64,000 nt of DNA from Beijerinckiaceae bacterium (GTDB lineage: Bacteria; Pseudomonadota; Alphaproteobacteria; Rhizobiales; Beijerinckiaceae): positions 11,102-75,101 of the forward strand of contig JAJPIC010000015.1 in NCBI GenBank assembly GCA_021324915.1. The letters run 5' to 3'. Both the position numbers and the translations under genes were made by a program. Numbering within the stretch: the stretch's first letter is position 1; the number at the start of each line of letters is the position of its first letter. Under the pieces are notes generated by a model. That model was not told the DNA's origin, made no database searches, and was given only the letters and a program-made list of their open reading frames with translations. Shown one piece after another: positions 51,280 through 60,604 of this stretch.

Positions 51280-51729
51280 ATGTTGACCAAAAAGGGAAAA
51301 TACGGACTGAAAGCGATGATGCATCTCGCCGGGCGGCCTCCGGGCGAGCCTTCGCTCGTCGCCGAGATCGCCGCAGCCAACGATATTCCCAAGAAATTTC
51401 TCGACACGATCCTGGGTGAATTGCGCAATGCCGGGCTCGTCAATTCGAAAAAGGGCAAAGGCGGCGGCTACACGCTGGCCCGTTCGGCCAAAGAGATCCG
51501 CGTCGGCCATATTATCCGAGTCCTCGACGGCCCGCTCGCGCCCATTCAATGCGCCAGCAAGACTTCCTACCGGCGCTGCGATGACTGCCGCGACGAGAAA
51601 GGCTGCGGGGTGAGGCTCGTGATGCTCGAAGCGCGCGAAGCGATCGCGACCGTGCTCGACAATCGCACCCTCGCCGACATGCGCGCCTTCGCCCTGCAGG
51701 GCGAAGCAGAGTTTACGTATATTATCTAG
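51280..51729 (+). CDS. Rrf2 family regulator with a Cys cluster (Fe-S candidate)
   Basis: KGKYGLKAM, KFLDTIL..L...GLV.SKKGKGGGYTLAR, PIQC...CDDC...C. Confidence 0.92.
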   Translation: MLTKKGKYGLKAMMHLAGRPPGEPSLVAEIAAANDIPKKFLDTILGELRNAGLVNSKKGKGGGYTLARSAKEIRVGHIIRVLDGPLAPIQCASKTSYRRCDDCRDEKGCGVRLVMLEAREAIATVLDNRTLADMRAFALQGEAEFTYII

Positions 51730-51887
51730 GCCAAAGCCTCCTCGATGCCGAGAAGGCGCCGAGCAGAACTCCCTTCCGGCCGACCCGCCTGCCCCACTTG
51801 CAGGAGAGCGCTAGCCTTCCCTTTCCGCCGTGTTAAGGGCATAAGCCCCGCCAAGCCCTCCTTACGCTCCATAGGCGATTATTCCTG

Positions 51888-53165
51888 ATGCTGGACGAGC
51901 CGAAAATCTTCCTGCGCTCCCTGTTCGAGGCGGCGATCTCGGCCGCCGATCCCGCACGTGTCCTTGCGCGGCATCTGCCCGCACCACCGCGGGGCCGGAC
52001 GTTCGTGATCGGCGCCGGAAAGGCCGCCGCCGCCATGGCCCGCGCCGTGGAAGACGCTTGGCCGGACGAACTCTCCGGCGTCGTGGTGACGCGCTACGGC
52101 CACCGCATGCCCACCCGCAGGATCGAGGTTCTCGAGGCGAGCCACCCGGTGCCCGACGCGGCGGGCCTCGCCGCCTCCAAGCGCATCCTGGAGAGCGTCA
52201 AGGGGCTGAGCGCGGACGACCTCGTCCTATGTCTTATCTCCGGCGGCGCCTCGGCTCTTCTGCCGCTGCCGCTCGACGACCTCGCGCTCGAAGACGAGCA
52301 GAGCCTCAACAAGGCGCTGCTCAAATGCGGTGCCACGATCAGCGAAATGAATTGCGTGCGCCGTCACCTTTCGGCCATCAAGGGCGGAAGACTGGCACTT
52401 GCCTGCCATCCGGCGCGCGTCGTGAGCCTCCTGATTTCGGACGTGCCCGGCGACGCGCCGAGCGACATCGGCTCGGGCCCGACGATCGCCGACCCGACGA
52501 CCTGCGCCGATGCGTTGGCGATCATCGCCCGCTATGGAATCGAAATAAGCGACAAGGTCCGCGAAGCTTTGGTGAGCGGACGCGGCGAAAGCGTCAAGCC
52601 TGGCGACCCGCGGCTGGCAGCGAGCGAAATCAAGATGATCGCCACGCCGCAAATGGCGCTCGAAGCGGCGGCCGAAAAGGCGCGCCAGGCCGGCATACCC
52701 GCCCATATTCTGAGCGATCGCATCGAAGGCGAGGCGCGCGACGTCGGCAAGGTTCTTGCCGCTCTCGCCCGGCACGTCGCGGAGCGCGGCGCGCCCTTTT
52801 CGCCGCCCTGCGTGCTGCTGTCGGGCGGCGAGACCACAGTAACCGTGCGCGGCGCAGGCCGCGGCGGCCGCAACGTCGAATTTCTCCTCTCGCTCGGCCT
52901 AGCGCTCGAAGGCAACCCCGGAATCTTCGCGGTAGCCGGCGATACGGACGGCGTCGACGGGCTCGAAGAAATCGCCGGCGCCTATCTCGCTCCGGATTCG
53001 CTCGCACGCGCCTGGAAGAAAGGCATCAAGCCGCAAGAGAGCCTTGCGGCCAATGACGGTCATGCATTCTTCGAGGCGCTGGGAGATTCGATCGTGACCG
53101 GCCCGACGCTGACCAACGTGAACGACTTCCGCGCCATCCTGGTGACGGGCGCCGCGCGCTCTTAG
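51888..53165 (+). CDS. gck: Glycerate kinase type 2 (TtuD/MOFRL family)
   Basis: GAGKAAAAMA, LISGGASAL, KHLS-equivalent RHLSAIKGG, GGETTV, GGRNVE, DTDGVDG, TGPTLTNVND. Confidence 0.92.
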   Translation: MLDEPKIFLRSLFEAAISAADPARVLARHLPAPPRGRTFVIGAGKAAAAMARAVEDAWPDELSGVVVTRYGHRMPTRRIEVLEASHPVPDAAGLAASKRILESVKGLSADDLVLCLISGGASALLPLPLDDLALEDEQSLNKALLKCGATISEMNCVRRHLSAIKGGRLALACHPARVVSLLISDVPGDAPSDIGSGPTIADPTTCADALAIIARYGIEISDKVREALVSGRGESVKPGDPRLAASEIKMIATPQMALEAAAEKARQAGIPAHILSDRIEGEARDVGKVLAALARHVAERGAPFSPPCVLLSGGETTVTVRGAGRGGRNVEFLLSLGLALEGNPGIFAVAGDTDGVDGLEEIAGAYLAPDSLARAWKKGIKPQESLAANDGHAFFEALGDSIVTGPTLTNVNDFRAILVTGAARS

Positions 53166-53176
53166 CCGACGCGCTC

Positions 53177-53479
53177 TTAATGGACCGCGTAAGTGCCGTT
53201 CAGAAGCGCCTCGGGATCGATGCCGAAAAGTGCAAGGCTCTCGAGGAACGGGGTGGACGGACGGACAAAGTCGAGCGTCATCCCGTCCGCGTGCCACGTC
53301 GCGAGCGCCGAGAGGAGGATTTGCAAGGACTGGCCGCCGAGCCGTTCGACTTGCGAAGCATCGATGACGATCTCGGCGCCGCGCAGCGCGAGAATATTCT
53401 CGGCAAGCGAAATTGCCGCTTTGATGTCGAGGATCTCGGGAAGAACCAATGTCCTTGGATTTGCCTCGCTCGCCGTCAT
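53177..53479 (-). CDS. STAS domain protein (alphaproteobacterial CheX-like)
   Basis: LVLPEILDIKAA, IDASQVERLGGQSLQILL; RBS GGAGA. Confidence 0.85.
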   Translation of the reverse strand: MTASEANPRTLVLPEILDIKAAISLAENILALRGAEIVIDASQVERLGGQSLQILLSALATWHADGMTLDFVRPSTPFLESLALFGIDPEALLNGTYAVH

Positions 53480-53547
53480 GCCCTGTCTCCTGCGCCGCAA
53501 GTCTCGCAATTTACTTGCTCATTCTTTCCAATTTCTTCCCGGGAGCC

Positions 53548-54168
53548 ATGCTTAGTTTTCTCGTCACCGGATTCGGAGCTTTTCCGGGGGCCAAATATAA
53601 TCCGACGATGGATTTGATGGCCGTCTTGGCGCGTCGGAAGGAGCGGTTCGCGCGCCTCGGGATCAGGCTCGAGACCCGCGTGCTGCCGGTCAGCTACGCC
53701 GAGATCGGCCCGCGGCTGGCGACGCTTGCCGCCGAAATTCACCCGGACGCCATCCTGCATTTCGGCCTGGCCGGACGGCGCAAATGGATCTCGATCGAAA
53801 CGCGCGCCATAAACCGGCTGCACGAGCTCAATCCAGATGCCGACGGCGCCTATGCCAGGGCCGCAGAAATCGTCTCCGACGGACCGCGGGTCCTTCGTGC
53901 GCGCGCTCCCGTCATGCAGATCGCCGCGGCCTTGCGCCGCGCCAAAGTCGCAACCCGCCTCTCGCAGGATGCCGGCCGATATCTTTGCAATGCCGCTTTC
54001 TATCACTCGCTCTTAAAACCGCATGCGCCAAGCGTCGGCTTCATCCATGTCCCGAGACCGGGATTTTCACGGCCGAGCTTCGCCGCCATCGTGAAATCCG
54101 CTGAAATTGCAATTCTGATCACCGCCGTCGCGACGCGGCGCTTTCAGCCTTCGAAGGCGCGGCAATGA
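53548..54168 (+). CDS. pcp: Pyroglutamyl-peptidase I
   Basis: LVTGFGAF, SIETRAIN (Glu), DAGRYLCN (Cys), FIHVP (His). Confidence 0.9.
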   Translation: MLSFLVTGFGAFPGAKYNPTMDLMAVLARRKERFARLGIRLETRVLPVSYAEIGPRLATLAAEIHPDAILHFGLAGRRKWISIETRAINRLHELNPDADGAYARAAEIVSDGPRVLRARAPVMQIAAALRRAKVATRLSQDAGRYLCNAAFYHSLLKPHAPSVGFIHVPRPGFSRPSFAAIVKSAEIAILITAVATRRFQPSKARQ

Positions 54169-54851
54169 AATTGGATTTTGCCAATTTCATCGCCCCCATT
54201 CTCGAGATCATTTGGATCGATGTCGTCCTGTCGGGCGACAATGCGGTGGTCATCGCGCTCGCCTGCGCGCGATTGCCTCAGAGGCAGCGATCCTGGGGAA
54301 TTATTCTCGGCACCGCCGCGGCAATCGGCTTGCGTGCCATTTTCACCCTGCTCTTTGCCGAAACGCTCGGCCTGCCCTTCGTCAAATTGGTCGGCGGCCT
54401 TCTGCTCTTCTGGATCGCCTTTCGGCTGGCGCGCGATGATCGCAGCCATAAGCCGGTCTCCCCTGCCGCCTCGATTTTCGCCGCGGTGCGGCTGATCGTG
54501 ATTGCCGACGCCGTCATGTCGCTCGACAATATGGTGGCGGTCGCCGCCGCGGCGAAAGGATCGATCCTTCTCATCCTGTTCGGGCTCGCGCTCTCGATCC
54601 CGCTCATCATTTTCGGCGCCACACTGCTTGTCGGATTGCTGTCGCGCTTTCCGATTCTCGTTTGGGCGGGCGCGGCTTTGCTGGGGTACATCGGCGGCGA
54701 TTTGATCGGCCGCGAATTTCTCGGTGCGCCGGCGCCGATCGGCACGTCGAGTTTCGTGCATCTGCCTTATTTCGTGACGCTCTGCGGGTTCGTCGGCGCG
54801 ATCTTCGTCGTGCTCATCGCCTATGTCATTCCACAAAGAGAAGAAGATTAG
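54165..54851 (+). CDS. TerC/YjbE family integral membrane protein
   Basis: DVVLSGDNAVVIALAC, ADAVMSLDN, GLALSIPLIIFG; ATGA overlap with pcp. Confidence 0.92.
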   Translation: MKLDFANFIAPILEIIWIDVVLSGDNAVVIALACARLPQRQRSWGIILGTAAAIGLRAIFTLLFAETLGLPFVKLVGGLLLFWIAFRLARDDRSHKPVSPAASIFAAVRLIVIADAVMSLDNMVAVAAAAKGSILLILFGLALSIPLIIFGATLLVGLLSRFPILVWAGAALLGYIGGDLIGREFLGAPAPIGTSSFVHLPYFVTLCGFVGAIFVVLIAYVIPQREED

Positions 54852-54939
54852 GGGGCGCAACCACGCGTTCGGGATCCCGGATCTTCGACCCTCGCGGCCT
54901 CGTACGGGAAGCGGCGAAGAGCCGGTTCCGCATCCGACC

Positions 54940-55593
54940 TTAAGTGGTGCCCTCGACGACCGCTTGGCGCAGGCCCGGCAAGACATCACTCTCGAACCAG
55001 GGATTGCGCTTGATCCATCCATTGTTGCGCCAGGACGGATGCGGCAGCGCAATGAGCCGGGGGCGCGCATCGGCAGGCGATTGCGCAGCGACGATCTCGG
55101 CAAGCGAAGCTCCGCGCCGCAGCGGCCGACCGAGGCGGGCGAAATGATAGGCCTGCGCGTAGAGGCCGATCGCGAGGATGCATTCGATCTGCGGCATCAG
55201 GTTGAAGAGTTCGTCGTGCCAGGCTTCGCGACATTCGGGGCGCGGCGGCAGATCGGCTTTCGCCGGACTATAGCCGGGAAAGCAAAAGCCCATGGGCACG
55301 ATCGCGATCAGCGCCTCGTCATAGAATGTCTCCCGCGTAACGCCCATCCAGGCACGCAGCCGGTCTCCCGAGGGATCGTTGAATGGAAGCCCCGTCGCAT
55401 GGACGCGCAAGCCGGGCGCCTGGCTTGCAACGAGAAGCCGCGCCGTCGTCGAGACGCGCAGGACCGGACGCGGTTCATGCGGGAGCCGCGCGCCGAGAGG
55501 CGTATCGCGGCAGATGCGGCACGTTCTGATGCGTGCGACGTAAGCTTCGAGATCGGCCTCGCGCGCCGCACGACAAGATTCAAGACAAGTCAT
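54940..55593 (-). CDS. Uracil-DNA glycosylase superfamily protein
   Basis: CRIC, ASQAPG, FNDPSGDRLRAW, MGFCFPG, LPHPSWRN. Confidence 0.9.
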   Translation of the reverse strand: MTCLESCRAAREADLEAYVARIRTCRICRDTPLGARLPHEPRPVLRVSTTARLLVASQAPGLRVHATGLPFNDPSGDRLRAWMGVTRETFYDEALIAIVPMGFCFPGYSPAKADLPPRPECREAWHDELFNLMPQIECILAIGLYAQAYHFARLGRPLRRGASLAEIVAAQSPADARPRLIALPHPSWRNNGWIKRNPWFESDVLPGLRQAVVEGTT

Positions 55594-55743
55594 TCTTAAC
55601 CAAAGTCTGTAACCAAATTCGGCGCGGGCCGTCCGCCCATTAGCGCCAATTCTAACCGTTACGTGAGCCTGGCGTTAATCTTTCTCGGCCATCGTCTACG
55701 AAACCTTGCGCGCCGACATAGAAATCGACGGAACAACCGAAGG

Positions 55744-57297
55744 ATGACCGAAGTCACCGCCGAGATGATCGAGCGCGGCCGCGGAGTCGACCCGAAGATC
55801 GCCGCGGAGCGCCGCCGCCTCAGCGCCAAGGTGCGCGAGGCGCGCGAAAAGCTGACCTCGGCGGGTTCGGGCTATCGCACGTTCGACGTCGAGCTTCTGC
55901 AACTCTTCGCCAGGGCGCGCCAGTCCTCGACGATCAGTCTCGCGATTGTCGCGATCGTCGCCATGGCTATCGCAACGGCCTGGGTGCCCCTTCAGCAGCT
56001 GCTCGTTTGGCTCAGTCTCGCGCTGGCCTCTCTCTCCGTCTCGCACGCGCTCGCGGCGAAATTCAGCACGCTCGAGCCGGCGAGCGTCAATGTCGCACGC
56101 TGGCGCAGCAATTTCATTGTGGCGGAAGTAATCCAAGGCATTGTCTGGGCGCAGATTGTGGCGCTTGTCGCCGAGACGCAGGATCCGAGCGGGCGAACCT
56201 TCATCCTGGTCATGCTCCTCCTCGTCGCCCAGATGAATGCGACGATCACCGCCTCGATCCCCGTCGCCGTCTATGCCGGCCTTGCACCGATGACCGCCGT
56301 GATCGTCGGCTTCCTTTGGCCGACGAGCTTCACGGATATGAATATGCCGCTCGCGGTTCTTGCTTGCGGCACCCTGCTCTATTCGGCGGTGCTCGCCAAA
56401 AAGCTCTATGCGCGCTCGCTCGATACGCTCTCCTTCCAATCGGAAAAGGACGAGCTCATCGCGGAGCTCGAACAGGCCAAGGCCAACAGCGATCTCGCGC
56501 GCCGGCGCGCCGAGGAAGCCAATCTCGCCAAGTCCCGTTTTCTCGCCACGATGAGTCACGAGCTCAGAACGCCGCTCAACGCCATTCTCGGGTTTTCCGA
56601 AGTCATGAAGGCGGAGCTTTTCGGCGCTCACAAAGTGCAATCGTACAAGGAATATTCGCACGACATTCACGCGAGCGGGCAGCACCTGCTGGCGCTCATC
56701 AATGAAATCCTCGATCTCTCGCGCGTCGAAGCGGGCCGCTACGAATTGAAGGCCGAGCCGGTGGCGCTCAATCATCTGGTCGAGGACTGCCGGCATCTGA
56801 TGGCGCTGCGAGCGAAGAAGCGCGACATAACGCTCAATGCGTTCTCGGAATCCGAGCTGCCGCGCATCTGGGCCGACGAGCGCGCCGTGCGCCAGGTGGC
56901 ATTGAACCTTCTCTCCAACGCGATCAAGTTCACCTCCCCTGGGGGGATCGTCACGATCAAAGTCGGCTGGACTTCATCGGGCGGTCAATATTTTTCGGTC
57001 AAGGATACGGGGCCCGGAATTCCGGAGGAGGAAATTCCAATCGTAATGTCCTCTTTCGGCCGCGGCTCGCTCGCCCAGAAGAATGCCGAAGAAGGATCGG
57101 GCCTCGGCTTGCCGATCGTCAAAGGCCTCGTCGAATTGCACGGCGGGACCTTCACGTTGAAATCGAAAGTCAGTGAAGGCACGGAAGTCATTGTGATCTT
57201 TCCGCCGGAACGGGTCATGAATGCCTTGCCGCGGCTCGATCCCGAGGAACCGCCCGGCGAATTGAAGCCGCAGAAGGCAGCGCGCAGCGCAGCCTGA
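55744..57297 (+). CDS. Membrane sensor histidine kinase, PleC/DivJ/PdhS-like
   Basis: About five TM helices, KSRFLATMSHELRTPLNAILGFSE, NLLSNAIKF, DTGPGI, GSGLGL. Confidence 0.92.
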   Translation: MTEVTAEMIERGRGVDPKIAAERRRLSAKVREAREKLTSAGSGYRTFDVELLQLFARARQSSTISLAIVAIVAMAIATAWVPLQQLLVWLSLALASLSVSHALAAKFSTLEPASVNVARWRSNFIVAEVIQGIVWAQIVALVAETQDPSGRTFILVMLLLVAQMNATITASIPVAVYAGLAPMTAVIVGFLWPTSFTDMNMPLAVLACGTLLYSAVLAKKLYARSLDTLSFQSEKDELIAELEQAKANSDLARRRAEEANLAKSRFLATMSHELRTPLNAILGFSEVMKAELFGAHKVQSYKEYSHDIHASGQHLLALINEILDLSRVEAGRYELKAEPVALNHLVEDCRHLMALRAKKRDITLNAFSESELPRIWADERAVRQVALNLLSNAIKFTSPGGIVTIKVGWTSSGGQYFSVKDTGPGIPEEEIPIVMSSFGRGSLAQKNAEEGSGLGLPIVKGLVELHGGTFTLKSKVSEGTEVIVIFPPERVMNALPRLDPEEPPGELKPQKAARSAA

Positions 57298-57476
57298 CGC
57301 GCGCGGCGACTCGTCCCTGCGTGGAGATCGAAGGCCGCGACGCAATCCAGCGTTCGGGGCCAAAATCCGGATGCTTCACTTCGTTCGCAATGACGGGCTT
57401 GCGCTCCTCCCCTGCCTCCCCTAAAGCCGCAGAGATCATCGGCGCGAGCACTGTAAGCTCGAGAGCGGAGGCGTGA

Positions 57477-58946
57477 ATGCGTGCGTTGAGAAGCGTTCTG
57501 GCGCTTTTTCTTTTTTGTGCCGCTCTGCCGCTTGCGGCACAGGATCACGAAAAGCCGACCACGCCGCCCAATCCTCTGCCCGCGCCTTCGGTGACGAGCC
57601 ACCAGCTCCAATTGAGCGACCGGACGATTCATTTCACCGCCAAGACCGGCGCGATCCGCTTGAGCGATGCGAAGACCGGCGCGCCGGTCGCCGATGTCGC
57701 CTATATCGCTTTTCTCAAGGACGGCGAAGATCCGGCAAAACGGCCTTTGACCTTCGTCTTCAACGGCGGGCCCGGCGCCTCTTCTGCCTGGCTCAATCTC
57801 GGCGCACTCGGTCCCTGGCGGCTGCCGATCGTCGGGTCGGCACTAGCGCCCTCCGCGCAGCCGGTCACGGTCGACAATGCCGATACCTGGCTCGACTTCA
57901 CCGACCTCGTCTTCATCGATCCCCCGGACACGGGCTATAGCCGCATTCTTTCGAAGGACGAATCCGCGGCCAAAAGCTTTTTCTCGGTCTCCGGCGATAT
58001 CAACGCGCTCGCCGTCGTGCTGCGCAAATGGCTCGTCGAGAACAAGAGAATCGCGAGCCCAAAATTTATTGTCGGCGAGAGCTATGGCGGCTTTCGCGGC
58101 CCGAAGCTGGCGCGAAGGCTGACCGAATCCGAAGGGATCGGAATCGACGGCATGGTGCTGGTATCGCCCGTCCTCGATTTTGCCTGGTTCGAGGGAACCA
58201 ACAATCTTCTGACCTATGCGACCCACCTGCCCTCCTTTACCGCGACGACACGCGGATTGAGTGGGCTCGACGGTCGCGAGAAGCTCGCCGACGTCGAAGC
58301 TTATGCGTCAGGCCCCTACATCGTCGATCTTTTACGCGGCGAGCGCGACCCCGCCTTGCTCGACGAGGTGAGCAAAAAGGTCGCGAGCTTCATCGGGCTC
58401 GATCCGAATTTCGTGCAGCGCCTAGGGGGACGCGTCGACGGGTCGAGCTTCGAGCGCGAACGCGCGCGCGCGGCGGGCCGGGTCGCCAGCGCCTACGATT
58501 CCCTCGTCACCGGATATGATCCAAATCCGCATTCGGAGCGCAGCGAATATTCCGATCCAGTCCTCGACGCTTTGCGCGCGCCGCTCGCAAGCGCGATGGT
58601 CAATATTTATGAGACGAAGCTCAATTGGTTCGTCGACGCGCGCTATGAAGTGCTGAACGAGGACGTGAGCCACAAATGGGAATGGGGATCGCCGCCCGAA
58701 GTCATCAGCGATCTCAAGGAGGATCTTGCGCTCGACCCCAACCTGCATGTGCTGATCGCGCACGGCCTCACCGACGAGGTGACCCCTTACTTCGGCACGC
58801 AATTATTGATCAATCAGATTCCGCCCATGGGAGATCCGGACCGCCTGCGCCTTGCTGTCTATGGCGGCGGACATATGGTCTATGCGCTCGACCGGTCGCG
58901 GGCGGCGCTACGCGCCGATGCACAGAAGCTGATCGTTGGCAGGTGA
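57477..58946 (+). CDS. Secreted serine carboxypeptidase (peptidase S10)
   Basis: Signal peptide, FNGGPG, FIDPP, GESYGG, HG..D, GGHM. Confidence 0.93.
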   Translation: MRALRSVLALFLFCAALPLAAQDHEKPTTPPNPLPAPSVTSHQLQLSDRTIHFTAKTGAIRLSDAKTGAPVADVAYIAFLKDGEDPAKRPLTFVFNGGPGASSAWLNLGALGPWRLPIVGSALAPSAQPVTVDNADTWLDFTDLVFIDPPDTGYSRILSKDESAAKSFFSVSGDINALAVVLRKWLVENKRIASPKFIVGESYGGFRGPKLARRLTESEGIGIDGMVLVSPVLDFAWFEGTNNLLTYATHLPSFTATTRGLSGLDGREKLADVEAYASGPYIVDLLRGERDPALLDEVSKKVASFIGLDPNFVQRLGGRVDGSSFERERARAAGRVASAYDSLVTGYDPNPHSERSEYSDPVLDALRAPLASAMVNIYETKLNWFVDARYEVLNEDVSHKWEWGSPPEVISDLKEDLALDPNLHVLIAHGLTDEVTPYFGTQLLINQIPPMGDPDRLRLAVYGGGHMVYALDRSRAALRADAQKLIVGR

Positions 58947-59385
58947 CTAGGCGCGCGCCGCCTCGGGCCATAAAGCGCAGCTCACCCGGCAGTTCGCCGA
59001 CGACCTTCGAGGATTCGCCGAAGTCGAGCTCCTTCCAGAGAAGATCGAACACCGCCTGCGAGACGGTGCGCGGATCCTGCGGAAAAGAAGGCGGCAGGTT
59101 ATCCGCTACGCGCGACAAGAATTCGTTCAGATGGCGGTCGAGGACCGGCTTGTCGGTCAAATGCCAGCCTTCGTAGTAAATGCCGCGCACGAGGAGCGGC
59201 AGCTGGGCGCCGAGATGCGTCGCCTGCTGTGCCGTCAAGCGATCGCGCAAAGCGTGCAACGTCGCACGCAAGGCGCTGTAGGCGTGACGCCTGTCGGCGA
59301 AGTGATGTTCGTCAACCAGCCTTTTCAGCCATGTATTCGTCAGCTGGACGGTATGGTCCAGGACCGGCAATCCGGTTTCGCTCAT
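58947..59385 (-). pseudogene. DUF2267 family protein, frameshifted near the C-terminus (about 58975)
   Basis: LDHTVQLTNTWL, LRATLHALRDRL, HLGAQLPLLVRGIYYEGW; the expected LWP...stop tail (TTA TGG CCC GAG...TAG at 58947) is out of frame; span 439 nt (+2 nt restores the frame). Confidence 0.75.
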
Positions 59386-59433
59386 GGCGGAACTCCCACT
59401 TTCATCGGTAATCACGGAGCGCCGACGCGCGCT

Positions 59434-60441
59434 TCAAGTCTGAGGCGCGCGCGCGGCAATTTTATCTATTCGCCGGATCGTGTCGCGCAACAGCATCTGC
59501 TCATCTTCGAATTCTTGCGCCTTGCGCTCCCATCTCTCGGCGAGTTGCTCACGGCCGGCCTCGCTCGCCTGTTTCTCGAGCCTGCGGACGAGTGCGATGC
59601 GCTCCTCTATGGCCCGCAGCCCGCTTGCCAGCGCGCGCCGAAGGTTTTCGTCGAGCGCAAGACTCATGACCTCCGCCGTATAGGCATGGCCGATGTGGCA
59701 GCGATAGCGGACGAGATCGCCTTCGTTGATCTCCCACATGGTTCCATTGCACTCGGGACAGGTGAGAACGGACCGTCGGCCTATCCGATCCATCTCCTGC
59801 ATGCTCCCAGGATCTCCTCTTGCGACCATGACTTCGTATTTCATCTCGGCCGGCACCGGCCGAGGCGGCCCCGCCGGTTCGCGTACAAGCTCGTTGAGCA
59901 GCGCCGGCATCGCCCTCAGGCTCACGACGTGGTCGGGCTTGACCCGCCGCAAAGCGCTCGACGGCATTTCCGGATAGGCAGCATCGGCCGGATCATGCAC
60001 AACGGTCACGCCGCCCGCTTGTTTGAGGGCCCAAAGCCCCGACGCCCCATCGCCGAGCGTGCCGGTCAGGATCACCCCGATCGCGCGCGGCGCACAACAA
60101 AGCGCCGCCGAGCGGAGCAAAGGGTCGATGGCCGGACGCGTATTGTTCTCCTGGGGCCCGTGGCCCAGATGCAAAACATTCCCGTCGACCAAAAGATGCG
60201 ACCCGGCCGGAGCAAGGTAGATCCGGCTGTGTTCGAGCTTTTCGCCATCGCGGGCAAAGCGCGCCGGCAGGTGACCGGAGTTCGTCAGGATAGAGTCGAG
60301 CTCCGAGGGAAACTGACTGGGCAGATGAATGACCATCAAAACGGAAGCTGGCAGATCCTGCGGAAGCCCCGCTGCCAGGAACCGCAGCGCTTCGAAGCCG
60401 CCGGCGGAGGCTCCGATCGCCAGGACGTCGCGATTGGCCAC
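59434..60441 (-). CDS. Stand-alone CheB-type methylesterase with a C-terminal CxxC/CHxGH domain
   Basis: GASAGG, VIHL, LTGTLGDG triad; LTCPECNG...RYRCHIGHAY; GTG start after GAGGGAG. Confidence 0.9.
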   Translation of the reverse strand: MANRDVLAIGASAGGFEALRFLAAGLPQDLPASVLMVIHLPSQFPSELDSILTNSGHLPARFARDGEKLEHSRIYLAPAGSHLLVDGNVLHLGHGPQENNTRPAIDPLLRSAALCCAPRAIGVILTGTLGDGASGLWALKQAGGVTVVHDPADAAYPEMPSSALRRVKPDHVVSLRAMPALLNELVREPAGPPRPVPAEMKYEVMVARGDPGSMQEMDRIGRRSVLTCPECNGTMWEINEGDLVRYRCHIGHAYTAEVMSLALDENLRRALASGLRAIEERIALVRRLEKQASEAGREQLAERWERKAQEFEDEQMLLRDTIRRIDKIAARAPQT

Positions 60442-60466
60442 GCGCTCCCTCCCTTCGCTCGCCCAC

Positions 60467-60491
60467 AATCGGCGCCTTCCGATTTGGTTCC
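60467..60491 (-). promoter_or_regulatory. Possible EcfG-type promoter GGAAC-N16-GATT
   Basis: Spacing would put the TSS just upstream of the RBS of the CheB-like gene; -10 element imperfect. Confidence 0.4.
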
Positions 60492-60604
60492 GAAGCTCTA
60501 TCTCAACCGCAACTCAATTGATCGCGTGCGCTTATTACCTTGAGCTTCGATTGTAACGTTTCCAGTCTTTTGATAATTTTGCCTCGCGGGTGGTGGAGGG
60601 CTTG

